A stretch of 63,657 bases of DNA, counting the filler, from Reticulomyxa filosa (taxonomy: Eukaryota; Protista; Foraminifera): assembly GCA_000512085.1 (NCBI GenBank). It is 22 parts of 22 records of this genome, joined end to end, with 100 filler letters (N's around TTAATTAATTAA, not from the genome) between each part and the next. Parts side by side here need not be neighbours in the genome. Positions count along the whole stretch, not along the records: positions 50,315 to 53,116 come from ASPP01023461.1; positions 53,217 to 59,248 come from ASPP01008441.1; positions 59,349 to 62,227 come from ASPP01027219.1; positions 62,328 to 63,657 come from ASPP01004658.1; 18 more parts are not named here. One strand, written 5' to 3'. The notes under the pieces are model-generated. The model was not told the origin of the DNA. It did not search any database and worked only from the letters and a program-made list of their open reading frames with translations. Made by a program: the position numbers and the translations under genes. Numbering within the stretch: the first letter of the stretch is position 1; every line of letters starts with the position of its first letter. This document shows positions 50,372 to 63,657 of this stretch, piece after piece.

Positions 50372-53043
50372 CCTGTAGCAACTTCTTGATTTTGCAAATG
50401 TGATATTTTAGCAACGTGCGCGCGATGCACAATGATGACACAGCCAATATGTAAAATCCATGATCGATGGAATATGACATAGTCTTTGCGCCCTCCATCG
50501 ATATGCAATAGCAAGGCATCCTCCCAACGCTGGCGCATATTGGTGGCGCACTCCTGGAATCCAATGACATAGATATCATGTGGCTGTAAATCGGCCGAAG
50601 AAAACCATTGCTGCAAACTGGACAGTTGTGGTTCACTTTCTGAAACATTCCATGACCCAGTTAACAAGGACAATTTTGCGGCACTCATACGAGTCGACTT
50701 ATGTGCCAACGCCAATTCATTGGCACTCGATATGGCTCCTTCACGGCTACGTGCGGATAGCATTCGTTCTTTTTTAATTTTGTTTTGTTTTGTTTAGTAA
50801 TTGAACAAGTCATGCCTGTTATCAAAAAAAAAAAACCAAAAGTTTCAGGTTCAGTGGTTGTCCCCCGAATATCGGACGGTCTTGAAGAAATGACTTCTCC
50901 TCGACTTGAGCGTGATCCAGTCGGCAAGGCGCTGATAACTCGACCAACAAATTCTTCTCGCGCTCGTGGAGATATAAACTCATACCAATAATTTCGAATT
51001 TGAGTGCCCGTCGCGGTTTGGTATGTCAATGCCATGTGCAGTTGATTTGGATTGGAATAAGACTTTTCAAGCTGTTTGTATTGTGTGTATGTGTAATATT
51101 TGTGACGAATAGCAAATATATCTATTACTACAAGTAACTAGCATGCAAATGGCAAGAAAGAGAAGATAATATAGATGAATTACCAAAATGACGTCACTGA
51201 ATTGATAATCTTTCAAATGTTCTCCCACCGTTTTCATTCGGATAGTATGATTTTTCAAATCCAAATAAATGACACGTCGATGTTGTTTCCAAGTGTATTT
51301 TGTATCTCCACTGGCGCCTCTTGCGGGGACGGTTCGAATGAGACGTAGGACGGGATAGCGCAGCAAATAAGGATTGAAATCCCATTCAACGTCTTGCCCA
51401 TGTTGTTTCGACGGTGAATAAGGACGAGAATGAGCATCATAATAATCCCCATCGATATCACCACCGTCATCATCATCATCATCATCATTGGCTTCGTTAT
51501 CGTTTTCGATGCGAAAATTTTTTTTCGATCGTTGCGAATCATGCTGTTGCAACACCACTTTCGAATTCAAAAAGCGAATTTGCTCGACAAAGTGCCACAA
51601 GTCGTTGTTGGATTGGAATGTCAGTTTCATTGGCTTCATTTTTTCGGTGAATACCAATTCCAGGGCCACGTGGTCAATAACTTCGATCGTCGCGATCATT
51701 TTCACCGAAAACTCATTTGTACATTTGCGTTTTTCTCCAAACAGCCTCACCACTTTTTCGATAATGTGAATGATCATCGTCCTCGTTTTTAATTGACCCC
51801 AGCTCGTGTATTGGATCAAATACACCACCTGCGTGCTTGCAACACCCGTGTATTCCCCACCGTCGGCTGTGATCAGTGCAGGATCCAATGTGTCACTCAT
51901 TGCCGTAGACAGCACCGGAGTTGATGTGGGCATTTCATTTTCGGATACGGTCGGGGGAATGGACACTTGTGGGTGTTGTTGTTGATGTTGATGTTGATGT
52001 TGATGTTGATGCTGATGTTGGTCGTACGTTTCCGACGGCATGCGTTGCATCGCTACCATGGCTTCCTCTCCTTTCGACGTCGTATGCGATTTGCTCACAC
52101 TAACACTGCCATGTTTATTTGGCTTGCTTGATGTGTTCAATTTTTCTTGAAACTTTTGCAGCTTTGTCAGCAGCTCTTTGAATTGCTCTCGGTCTTGAGG
52201 ACTTTCGAATGTCAGATGATAATCGCGATTATCCAAAAATTTGAGCTGCAAACATGCAAACATACAAAAATACAATACACAAATAAATAAATAAATATAT
52301 ATGCATATATATGTATACATATATATTTATTTATTTGTTTATTTAAATGTATACAAAACTTTAAGTTGTGGCGTGGGCTGCTTTGGATTGAAAAAATCCT
52401 CAAAAGAATTAATACTACTGACCAAATGCTCTTTGTGGGTTTTTCCAGACTTGTCTTTGACGCGAAGCACTTGCATAGAAATGTCCAAAACCAAAGTCCT
52501 TTTTTGATCTCTGCTCCATTTGTCTTTTTTCTTGACCTGGAACTCGTACAGTGTATCGGTGTACTTTCCAAATTCTTCTTCGATCCATTCTTTTTTGGCA
52601 TATACATGTCCTTGATAATGGATCGTGGTTTTCTTACCCGAATGGCTGACGGTTTGATTGCGTGATGCTTTGGGACTGGAGCCGGCGCTCACCGTGCCGT
52701 CATTACCATTGTTGTCATCCGCTTCGTCCAAGTTGGTTAAGCTGCTGCTCCGAGTACGCGATATGGTCGGTCTCATGTCGGCGGTCGTGTGTCGCGTCAA
52801 TTGCACATTGCTGTCGTCTTTCACCGCCGCCGTGCCCCGACGACCTTTCACTTGGTTCTTGACGCGCTCGGGCTTCAACGGCGCATATTCCACTGTTTTG
52901 ACCTCTCTTTCAATCGACGTCGGCGCAGGACTTTTTATGGATTCGGCAAAGGCCTTGCTCTTCGCGACAGTTTTTGTGTTGTTCGTACGCATTTCTTCGT
53001 CTTCCATTGCATTCAGATCAAGTGTCTCGACAATTTCATCTGT
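50372..53043 (-). CDS. Inositol polyphosphate 5-phosphatase with tandem PH-like domains (both ends truncated)
   Basis: IPPc start LSLLTGSWNVSESEP..QQWF..HDIYVIGFQEC..HISHLQNQEVATG, preceded by three PH-like modules over several exons. Confidence 0.8.
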
Positions 53044-53996
53044 CTACAAAACATGATCACCCAAATAAAATAAAATAAAATAAAATAAAATAAAATAAAA
53101 TAAAATAAAATAAAATNNNNNNNNNNNNNNNNNNNNNNNNNNNNNNNNNNNNNNNNNNNNTTAATTAATTAANNNNNNNNNNNNNNNNNNNNNNNNNNNN
53201 NNNNNNNNNNNNNNNNCAAAAATAATCACATGAATCACACTTTTTATAAATAATATAATTTATGGTATTTCAATTAAAAGCCTATTAGAATGCTTGCAAA
53301 ACTTATGATAAATCAATTTTAGCATATTTATATTGGTAAATTGAGCCTTTTCCTATTACAAAATAATGTAAAATTACTTTCGTTACCTTATTTTGTTGTT
53401 AAAGATCATTAAAAAATATAAAAAAACACAAATTTCTCGAACTGAGCATTTGGACGATCGCTAAAAATCAATAAAAGATTTAAACTTTAAAGAATTGTAA
53501 GGATACCAAATCATATTTAAAACTATGAAGGAGCGGCTGAGACTAGGTGTAATACGAAAGGAACTTAGTTCCAAAAACTAATTTCAAATGAAATAAAGTA
53601 AATTAATGACAATAATTACAATAAGACAAAGAAAAGTGTAAAATAAGGGGGAAAGCAAGTTGTGTTCGTGAAGAGAGTTTAGCCTGACTTCACAGTTCCC
53701 TTAGAACTTTGCCGTTCACAATAGGGACTTGATCTACAGCTACGTGTTTGTAGATATTTAAAAATTTTTTGATTAATTCTTGTTTATCATGGAAAAAATC
53801 ATTATCTCTGTAAGATGCTGTTCGACATAAACTTTTTTTTGCGTTCTATTGTGAATAACGCTTGTATTGCAAGTCGAACAAATCATATAAAGGCAACAGC
53901 TACGTCCTTTTCAGCTGTATTTTGGCACTGAGTCTCAACGGGTTTTTTTTTTGTTCTAAGTTTTGTATTTTTAAGAAAAGCAGAAGAAAAAAGAAC

Positions 53997-54654
53997 ATGT
54001 TATTGAGTACAATTTCTTTTGCCTTCTTGTTGGCAATACATGTGGCAAAAGCCGACGACTGCCCAGCAGCCGGCTCCACACCGTTGAAAGTAGACGGCAC
54101 ACATAATTATGTAATCGACGCTTTTAGTGATGCGCTAGAGTTTCCCTACGCAATAGATCAGTGTACAGCTGCCAGCATAGTTCCAATTGGTTTGTGGTAC
54201 AAGTATACCTGTAATAAAAAAAATGGGATTTGGAGAGTATCCAAAAAGGTAAAAATATAAAAAAAAAAGTGTGTGTATGAAAGTACGTATTCCTGCTTAC
54301 ATAATGACAGGCGTTTTTGTTTTTTTTTTTTTTAAGAGGGGGGAGAGCGGGCAAGTGAGCCAAAAAAAGAAAAAGCAAAAAAAAAAAAAAGAGATACACA
54401 GATTCATCATGTAAATTTGGTGAAGAGACTCAAATCGAGTGGATAGAAGGGGAAAGTGTGCCCGGAGAAAAGGGGTATTTTGAATGCAGTGGACAAAACA
54501 CTTATGCTGAAGTAACTTTCAGTTTGTCCAGCAGCTGTTTTGGGAGTACGAATGTTTTCCTCGGATTGAACGGTTGTGCAAATAATGACATTACAAAACT
54601 TGAGTTCTTTTTTTTTTTAAAAAAAAAAAAATTAAACCTTTTTATAAATTTGAT

Positions 54655-54687
<33 letters not shown>

Positions 54688-55534
54688 CCCTTTCGTCCTC
54701 TCTCCCCCTTTCTTGGATAAAGTTATTATTGCGACGAAACCCAAGTATTGGGACAAATTTATTCTAGTCTTGCCACGGATGCCGCCGATGCCCAATTTGG
54801 TTCTCCTTTGGCGGACCCAACGCTTGCCGCAGAATCGACACAAGACGCACTGTGGACCTCATCATACGAACCTCAAACCAGTTTTGCTAGTGACAGCCCT
54901 TCCTCCACGTATTATCCGGAAACGAGCGAATCGGATGAGTCAACAGAATTTGAGACATCCGAGTATGAGACTTCCGAGTATGAGACGTCCGAGTATGAGA
55001 CGTCCGAATATGAAACCTCTTATATCCCTCTGACAACCACTTCTGCTGTTCCATTGATGTGTAATGCATCACTTTGTTCGATATGGAATTTCGACTCCCA
55101 ATGCAAGGTGGTTGCTTCGATTTTTGGTATCAACCTTTATGGACAAGTTAAACAAATACCCAACTTGAATAATAATAAATGTTTTTATATATGTATACGT
55201 ATATATAGTTACATAAATTTCCCAATTTAAACAACGATGGATTTCTATGTTTGTTTTATTTCTTTTACCTCTCTTGCTAAACTTTTTTTTTTTTTTTTTA
55301 TAGATGAAAGTATGTAAGAGGATAGCCGGAACTACAAGTATAGACGAAACTACAAGTATAGACGAAACCACAAGTATAGACGAAACCACCGCAGGTATAA
55401 GCGAAACCACCGCAGGTATAAGCGAAACCACAAGTGTTAGACCCACTGCTACTGCTGTCAAATCCGCACAGTCATTCTTGATTACAGTGAACTTAATCTT
55501 AGGTGCAGCTTTCATGCTGTTTTCTTTGTTTTAA
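53997..55534 (+). CDS. Secreted Cys-rich surface protein with S/T/E repeats and a hydrophobic C-terminus (GPI-like)
   Basis: Signal peptide MLLSTISFAFLLAIHVAKA, Cys-rich exons, (EYETS)n at about 54952-55020, (TTSIDE/TTAGISE)n at 55331-55437, and C-terminal FLITVNLILGAAFMLFSLF. Confidence 0.75.
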
Positions 55535-56531
55535 AGCAAAGGACTTTCTTTTTTCTAAACAAATCACTCAGGATTTTTTTCTTGTACGTGCGGGGTCTTG
55601 GTTTCTTTTTTGTGGCTTATTTTAATTATTTTGCCATCTCAAGTACAGTCTCGGTTTTTACTTTTTGTTAGGATGATATATTTTGCATTTCCACTTTTTG
55701 ATTCCTTTTGAAGGAATAAATTGATCAATATCTCATCACATTATTTGAGACATTCTCTGTTACAACTATGGAGCTGCAAAAAATTTTTTATGAATTTTCC
55801 AATAAACTAAAGAGTGGACCAGAAAGGCACGGCGAGTAAAAAAAAAAAGGAAGTTGTTGTTCGTTTGACCACATATTACGATCACCAGATAGTTTGTTTT
55901 ATTTAGTAATACTACGCAGCTGCTTCTTTATTTAGTAACATTATGCGCTCACTACACAACTGCTTCTGCCAAGTTGAACATTTAAACGTATCAACATTCT
56001 TGGAACATGCTATGTCAACTCATAACAAACTACTTTTTTTCAGCAAAAGAGTTATAATGCTAATTCGCAATCAGTAGTTTGATAAAAAAAACATCACAAT
56101 ATAAAATGTTATACAAGTTGAATAACAGTCTGTAAAAGTAAGAAAAAAGAATTTACATATTGTAGTTTAGCAATTATTGTCTTCCATTAGAATTTTTTAA
56201 AAAATAAATCCTCAAAACTTGTTTGCATGAATTCAACATTTGTTATAAAACATTCAAGCATCGTTGAAAAACTAAACAACACTAGAGAGCGCTGACAAAC
56301 AAAAAAAAGGTTTTCGTCAGTTAATAGAAAATTTTGTCATCAGAATCTATTAAGAAATGCAAGCTGCCCATTTTTGCAAATGTCAGCCTCGAAATGCAAC
56401 AGTTTCGAAAGTGCCCACAAATTTAAATTGTGATCTTCTTTCATTGTCAGACAGGAAAAAGCACTGCAAATAAAAAAAAAACAACAGGACCGAGTCCCCA
56501 CTGAGTGGTACTGCTTTGTGGTATGATAAAG

Positions 56532-57870
56532 ATGTGGGTGTGTTCATGTCTCCAATTGAAACTTGAACCCAGGAAATTACACGAAGCCCCCTTTCTTTGC
56601 AAACCAAATGAAAACAAACACAGCATCGAAGATTTGTATGCGACAACTGTGTGCATGACGAAGGTGCAAATTTGCATTCGAATTGCACAATTGGCAAATA
56701 TGCAGACTTTTTGAAACTTTCCAACAGCGATTGGCCGAACAAGTTAACAAAACAATAAACAACAATTTTCTGTAGTTTTTTCATCCTCTTCTTCTAACTT
56801 CCGCAATTTCGCAATTGTGTAAAAAAAAAAAAAAAAAAAAAATTGTACAAAAAAAGTTGTCCGATATGTGACCAACCTATGCCAGATGATCCAATGGCTG
56901 TGACTCGCCTAATGTGCAAATGTGTTTACCACGTGAAATGTCTGCGAGAAGAATTGCTGTCACAACCGTCCAATGACGCGTTTGAGTATTTTTTTTAAAA
57001 ACAACAAACCTGAAGGGGTTTACCCCTTTTTTTTTTTTTTTTTTTAAATTGTGAGGGGGGGGGAGCACACATAAGTGACGAAAACAAGTAAGTAAGCTGG
57101 GGGTGTGATACAACAATAGCCGATGTGTGAAATGCCAAACTCCAGTGCAAAAGGGTGTGAATCAGCAGACGAAATTGGGTCGCTCGGTTTCCAAGTTTTT
57201 GAACTTGGTGGCCAAAGATCGTCTGTTTCAAAAACCAAAGATTGAAACTACGACCGATCATCGTCCTCCTCATCATCATCACTCTTCTTATGTGACTAAC
57301 CCCAAAACAAATGAATCACAAACACAAGTGCAAGCACAAGATAAGTACGGCTTATCTTTGGACGAACAACAACATGAGGACCACGATTCATCACCTTTGC
57401 TGGAACCACAAATATACGATTTTGAAAATGAAATGATCGATGAAATGGTCGATTCAAAAAAAGGACTGACTACCTCTGTTGTGATTGATAAGAAAACTCA
57501 AGCACGACATCGCATCACTTCTTCTTCTTTTTTGGCAAGCAAAAATAAAGAGTATAATTGCAATAACACTGTTGCGCATACAACTGACATACACAAACCC
57601 ATTGATTTGAAAAAACATGGCAATGGAATTGGTTTGATTGTGCAAGACTGTCTGCATTTTTGCAATGTGACGAAATGGACCGTGAGTCAGTGGATTGTTG
57701 CCTTCGTCATTTTGTTTTTTTTGCTTTTCAATGTTGTGGCTGTCTATTACGTTTTCATAAAATTTGGTGTGTTGAGTGTCGATAACACAAACACAGTGTC
57801 CTTACAAAAACGAGACATGAAAAATTTGTTAATGCAAATTTTGGGTGAACGACGAGTACATCATTATTAA
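56532..57870 (+). CDS. ZFPL1: ZFPL1-like zinc finger/RING Golgi protein with C-terminal TM
   Basis: MWVCSC..FLC../HRRFVCDNCV..HSNCTIGKYADFL..SDW, spliced to CPICDQP..VTRLMCKCVYHVKCL, spliced to RCVKCQTPV, and a TM WIVAFVILFFLLFNVVAVYYVFI. The Cys/His spacing matches ZFPL1. Needs one extra base in an A-run at about 56606-56618. Confidence 0.7.
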
Positions 57871-60800
57871 AATATTAGATAACTTCTTTCTACTAAATAT
57901 TATCATAATCTAAAAAGTATAATAACTTTTCAAAGCATTACAAATTAAAAATTTATTTAAAAAAAGGAAATATTTTAGAGTGAACTTTTTTGTCTTGTTG
58001 TTTTCTTATCTTGAGTTCTTTTGTTCTACTGTTATAGTTTTTTAATATTAATTTTTGAAGATATTGGTGGCGCTGTAGCAAGTAGCAAAAAAGAAAAAAG
58101 AATTTATCATGTTGTTCTTCAACAAGCTTACAACAGGTTAAAAAAAGAACGCATGGAAAAAAGTTTATGTTATAAAAAAGGCTCAAAAATTTTTTTTTTT
58201 GGCTATGTTATTGTCCATACTTGATTAGAACTATTTTTTATATATAAATATATACATAAATAAAGTGGCGTGGATAGTGGATTGAGTAATAAAAACAAAG
58301 ATGCATGCAAGATTTTGATCACAATGGATGCGTTCTAAAGATTATGCGTATGGATGGATACAAGCAGCTAGTTCGACCGGTTCCTTCCTGAGTCGTCCGT
58401 TGATGTGCTCCTTTATTACTCGTTGGCCCTGGGATATGTTCATGTGGCTGTGTTCCTGTGGTCGCATTCCTGTTGGTATGTTACTGTGTGTGTTCATGTG
58501 GCTACGTTTATGTGGTTTCTTCGTTGGATCTTTTCTTCATGTGCTCCAGATTTTTTTATTATGATGCACTTTTGTCCATTTATCATATATTTGATAACTG
58601 CTGTTAATGTAACAATGATCATGGACACATAAGATAGCCAGAAGAGCTTCTTATTCAAACACTGACAGAGTGATTCCAATTGTCCGAGATTGGATATCTT
58701 GGAGTTATTGCATCCAAACTTCAATTACGCGCAAAAGACTTTGCATTTGGCGAGCGTATCAGTAAGTGATTGTTTGTATGTCAAATGATTTTGATAAATA
58801 TGTAGTCAGTCAAATGATATCAAAAGCAATATAAAGTGTTTGCAGTCAAATTTGTGCGGGTCTCTGAACTTATACGTAACGAGGTGGACCTATTGGATGG
58901 ATAGAACAACTACTCTTGTCAAAATTATTCCCATTTGCACGAATCGTCCCGACTAGAAACAAAGGGATATAATCGATACGTCCACTCGCACTGTCTTTGC
59001 TTCGAACAAATATTTCAAATACAAACACATTTTACAAGACGAATTCACTGTTTTATTATCCATCGTCCATCAAAAACAATTTTAATGGATATTGTCCCAT
59101 CGGATAACGAATCTAGTCGTCCAAGTTCTATGTTTTTTTTTTGACATGTTGCAGTAGGTTGCAAAAAAAACTGAATAACTAAATCCCACCTTATGAAGAT
59201 GATAGATTTTCTTAATGAAAAACAAACATTTAAAGCTAATTTTTTTTTNNNNNNNNNNNNNNNNNNNNNNNNNNNNNNNNNNNNNNNNNNNNTTAATTAA
59301 TTAANNNNNNNNNNNNNNNNNNNNNNNNNNNNNNNNNNNNNNNNNNNNCAAGTCGGATGCGTTCAATTATAAGTATTTGACACATGGCCACCAATCTCGA
59401 AATTGCGAAACAATTATTGGCATTGGCAGTGGTATTTATAATGATAATTACATATTACACTTTTTTGGGATTAACAAAGTCGACAAAGATATTGTCATAT
59501 TGATATCGAAAATGACAGTTCACTCAAATTGGTACGCTTTTTACGACAGTTTGGACTTAAATACTGCGTTTATACTCAAAACTATCTTTTCAATAAACGT
59601 GTGCGCAAATATCCGACAAGAAAATTACTACCAAAGAAAAGTCTTACCAATGATACTTACTCACGCTAGTGAATATGTTCAAATACGTACCATTTGTGGC
59701 TCAGATGCCCATCTTCTTTTCTCGCTTACAGTAAGGATAACTTTTGTCAAATTGTTTTCTGCTTGCTTTAAATAAAAAAATAAATAAATATTAAGATATT
59801 CTTTTTCTAGTAGACATTTTTTTTGACAATTTTTGGATCATTTCAAAAGAAACGCAAAGTTGGTTTTTTTTTTTGATGAAGTTAGTTGTTACTTTTGCCA
59901 CAATCATTTTCATTTCAAATTTTAAATGATCTGTATGCAATCAATTGTACAGTCTTATAGAACCAATTTTCAAATTGTCTTGAAACGCAATATTCCAGCA
60001 TTCCAAATAATCGCAAATAGCAAATTTTCGATTATTCTTTATTAACGCTGAAAAAAAGAAATATTTACTTTTCACAGAATTATCATTATAATCTTTCAAA
60101 GATGAAAGAAAATTTAGTTACAAACTTTAGCAATTATTTGAACAATAAAAAAAAATCATATTTGTAACAAAACTGAATAAATCTTGATGTGCCAATTCCG
60201 TCAACAAATATCCACAATCTTCTCCTCATCATAATTGTGCAATCTTTTTTTTTAAAAAAAATTGTTTTATTATTAATTGTTATTATTATAATTTGTTCAT
60301 TTATTTATTTAAAAAAAACAAACTAAACTTGATAACACCATTGAGTCTACTTAGAATTTGCAAAATATTCAACTCATGTGTAGTAAAAAAAAATTGAAAC
60401 TACAAACCCTATACAGAAAAATAAACGTAACAAAATTGTTGTTGAAAAGTTTGTCAGAAGGATCTAGTTCCAGTTTTAAATTTTTTTTATGTCGCATCTT
60501 TATTCACTTCCTTATTTTCAAAGCTTAAAAAAGCCATTTTTTTTATTCCTGGATTGCCGAAAAAATTACCCGCACAAAGGTATTTCCAAGTGTTCAAAAC
60601 AACAACCAGTACAATTTTTTTTTATCAATGAAAAACTATTGTTTGAAGGCCTAGTACGAGTTGTTAAAATCCTAACCGGTCGAAAAATGTTCTTTTGTTT
60701 TATCAAATACAAATGTTTGTTATTTGACACTTTTTTATTCTATATTCGAAAAAGTGTATGATTTGACCGATATACTTCACAAAAAACATAAGATTGACAA

Positions 60801-60899
60801 TGTACTTGTTGTGTATTGTCATATGATATCATTTTTTGACTACGAATTTACAAATTAATTTATCTCAAAAATGAGTAATAAAGAATTATGTTTAATAAT

Positions 60900-61312
60900 T
60901 TCAAAATAAACATATCAATATTATTTGGAGGATAAGTTATAAATAACAGATTATTGCTACTTCCATCAACTATCGCGCGCATTCTCCAATACTTTTCTTC
61001 ATTTTTTTCAATGAAAATTGTTTATTGTGGCTGTCGGTAAATGGAACCCATTATTGTAATTTTTTGATTTTATTTCTTTATCATTACCACAAATACTTAC
61101 ATAGTTCATCACCGTTGCCTGCTTAAATAATATATCGAAAGACAATGATTTCATTTGGATGTTATTCGCAAGCTTCACAACACAGTGATTAGTCAATGAG
61201 ATCTCCTTTGGATAAGAACGCACAAGCTTGTATTCGTTTTTTTGTATGTAGTATGAATAACATTCTCCACTAGCCGCGCCACCACAAAAATGATTTCATT
61301 TTTGTAGAACAT
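60900..61312 (-). pseudogene. Decayed kelch-like/beta-propeller family copy (Reticulomyxa-type)
   Basis: NEII/CGGAASGECYSYYIQKNEYKLVRSYPKEISLTNHCVVKL..VMNYVSI../MRAIVDGSSNNLLFITYPPNNIDMF across frameshifts and stops. Family assignment is from memory. Confidence 0.55.
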
Positions 61313-62327
61313 CTGTTTTTTAATTGTCACCATTACTATTATTTTTTCATATCAAAGTTTCCACATGCAATATTTTAACTGATTGTGTGTCGCTCGTTTG
61401 AACTGCTGGTCACTTGTCTCGGTGGGCACATATTCACTTGATGGGCTTAGTGTCGCCAGCGATACTATATTTGGAGAAGTCTCTGGCACCGCAATTTGCT
61501 CAGCGTCCTTCTTTGTCTCCACCAATTGTCGGTGGAGACCTGGCCTGCGACGCAGCAATATTTGTTAAGTTATTTAAAAATTTATTTTTAAGTTTGTTTT
61601 TTTTTTTATAGATAATTGAAGATATCCGAATCATTGTACAGTATTAGATTATGCTTTACATCGTTAAATTTGGGTGGTAAATGATTTGAATAATTTAATT
61701 TCAAACTATGTTAAGTTTTTTGTTTTGTTTTTTATTTGAAGATTATATCAAGAAAGAAATCTAACAATGACATCATTCAACCACTAAAAATGTTTATAAA
61801 ATGTTTTTATTACTAATGGTCACATAAAACAAATGAAAGTTGTGAACTAAGAAATTTTTTTTAATTTACTGACTGTGTAACTTCACACAAGTCTTTATTC
61901 CTGAATCAATTCTCGTGTATAAAATATTCTTGATAAAGTCTGCTATATCTTTGCTTAGTAAACTTTTTGTTACTATTCACTTATTTTGTTGCTGTATATG
62001 CTTTGTAGACTTAACAAAGTATACGCTTGATCATTTGGCACTTGATCCAATGTATTGGTAACGTCTTATGACATTTTGAGGAAAAATTGGTCACCTCGTA
62101 AAAATTTGTCTTTTTATCATTTTTTTTTATGCAAACGAAAGACTGAAATGCGTTTATTGACCATACTCGATCAGCAATTTGCTAATTGACTGTAAACATT
62201 GTTAAAATTGCTTTCTTCGACATTGCANNNNNNNNNNNNNNNNNNNNNNNNNNNNNNNNNNNNNNNNNNNNTTAATTAATTAANNNNNNNNNNNNNNNNN
62301 NNNNNNNNNNNNNNNNNNNNNNNNNNN

Positions 62328-63135
62328 TCTTCTTCTCCTTTTTTGCCAGTGATCTTGGCTTCGTTTCGTATAATTCCTGTCTATTTGCACATATCGAAAG
62401 ATCATAACAAGTCTTCGTTTTCATTTATACTGGCAACTTGATTTTGTGGTCATGCGGCGCCAAGATCCAGTTTGTCTTGGACAAACTATATCAAATTAAT
62501 CCAATTATTCCAACTCTATCACCAAAGCCAATTCGCACTGGCCGCCCTTGTGACGAGAGCACTTCCAATAACGACAATGTCTAACGTTTGGACTGGCGAT
62601 CAGAGTGAGAGATAGCTTGTTGGGTGCGACGCGATGCTTGTAACAGCAGCATTACCTGGCACTTGAAGAATAACGAAATTCAGGTCGCCGATTCCAGAGA
62701 CATTCCATCAAAATTAATCAGCGCGGCTCTTGCAGCAATCCATAAACTATCTACAATTCAATAACAATGATTTTTTCTTGTACGTAGGCGGTCGAAGAAG
62801 TTAGCCCATATCTGATAACGCGCAAAATCGCCATTCGTGTAAGTATCCAAATCAAATGCAGCAAATCCTAGATACATTTTAAAAAAAAAACAATAAAAAC
62901 CAACGCAGTATGGCCACCGGACTCTTTTGATCCACTTTATTCTAATGTTCATCTTCCTTTTTGCCAGGATCTTGGCTTGAGTTTCGCAGTTCCTCCAACA
63001 AACTGAGCAATATCATTGCATACTGGTGCTACCACTTTCTAGAACGTCCTTGTTATCTTCTTCGATCCACCACTCTAGTCGCCGATAAGACCTTCTTGGC
63101 CGTTGCGGCAATAAAATTAGCGTTGCTGCGGGATA
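62328..63135 (-). pseudogene. Decayed coding-like sequence with an internal ~40-bp duplication
   Basis: Higher GC than flanks, stops in all frames, and similar segments at about 62333-62372 and 62952-62990 (ttttgccag.gatcttggctt..gtttcg). Confidence 0.3.
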
Positions 63136-63657
63136 TTTTCCCGTCTTTTTTCCCACACTTTCCCCCCCATTTTCTATCTTTTTTTCCACTTGTTCTATTT
63201 TTTTTTTCCCTTTTTTTTACAATTATTATCATTTTTTTTTCTTTTTTCTTTTTTTAATTTTCTAAAATATAATTTTTTTCAAATTTTTCTTAAATAAAAT
63301 TTTCACAATCTTTAATTGATATTTTCCCCATTTTTTTTTCCATTTTCCATAAATTTTCCCTTTCTTTTCCCCTAGTTTTTCCTTTCATTTTCCCCCAATT
63401 TCACTTTCATTTTCCATAATTTTCCCTTTACTTTTCCCAAATTTTCCCTTTATTTTTCCCATATCTTCCCCAATACGAATAAAAAAAAAAACAAAAAATT
63501 CCAATCTTTCGTCGACGACTTGCAACCTATGAACATAACAAAATCAACAATTTTTCATTTTTTTGAAGAAAAAAATAAATAAATAAAACTTTGACTCTAG
63601 GAGCTAAGCTCCAATTCCAATCTATATTTTTTTTCTTTTGGTGCTTTGAAGGGGGGG

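Noticed and set aside
58328-58632. MFS-transporter-like fragment (YAYGWIQAASSTGSFL)
   Set aside because: The resemblance is too short and frame-broken to support a call.
5165-62327. Recurrent TTAATTAATTAA flanked by Ns as a biological repeat or array
   Set aside because: Exactly 44 N on each side and stops in all six frames: a contig-concatenation spacer.
63150-63470. Telomere-like TTTTCCC repeats
   Set aside because: Irregular, with no fixed unit; pyrimidine-rich low-complexity sequence.

Overview
This window is not one locus. It is 22 short contigs joined by 21 identical artificial 100-nt linkers (44 N + TTAATTAATTAA + 44 N), so adjacency across a linker means nothing. Most contigs are very AT-rich, intron-containing protist DNA. 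The WD40 and kelch-like family signatures, PT-repeat surface protein and many pseudogenes most resemble the foraminifer Reticulomyxa filosa (my inference, not a search result). Recognisable eukaryotic genes: HDDC2-type HD 5'-deoxynucleotidase, AFG3-like m-AAA protease, two WD40 paralogues, Sec8/EXOC4, HDAC11-like deacylase, COG5, GCR1/cAR-type GPCR, a second multi-TM protein, a CaMK1-like kinase, a plant-XylT-like GT61, an inositol 5-phosphatase with PH-like repeats, a ZFPL1-like protein and repeat-rich surface proteins. There are also a decayed non-LTR retrotransposon and a kinesin pseudogene. Two GC-rich contigs are bacterial (fecR plus a TonB-dependent transducer; the secA 3' end). Several genes have single-base frameshifts in homopolymer runs, most likely sequencing errors. 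I see no clear-cut new multi-gene system. The best leads are: introns whose acceptor AG follows an A-tract instead of a polypyrimidine tract, some with a complementary U-rich 5' end; a membrane-anchored HDAC11; a TM-anchored CaMK head-to-head with a GPCR; a plant-type beta-1,2-xylosyltransferase; and a structured GC island upstream of the retroelement.
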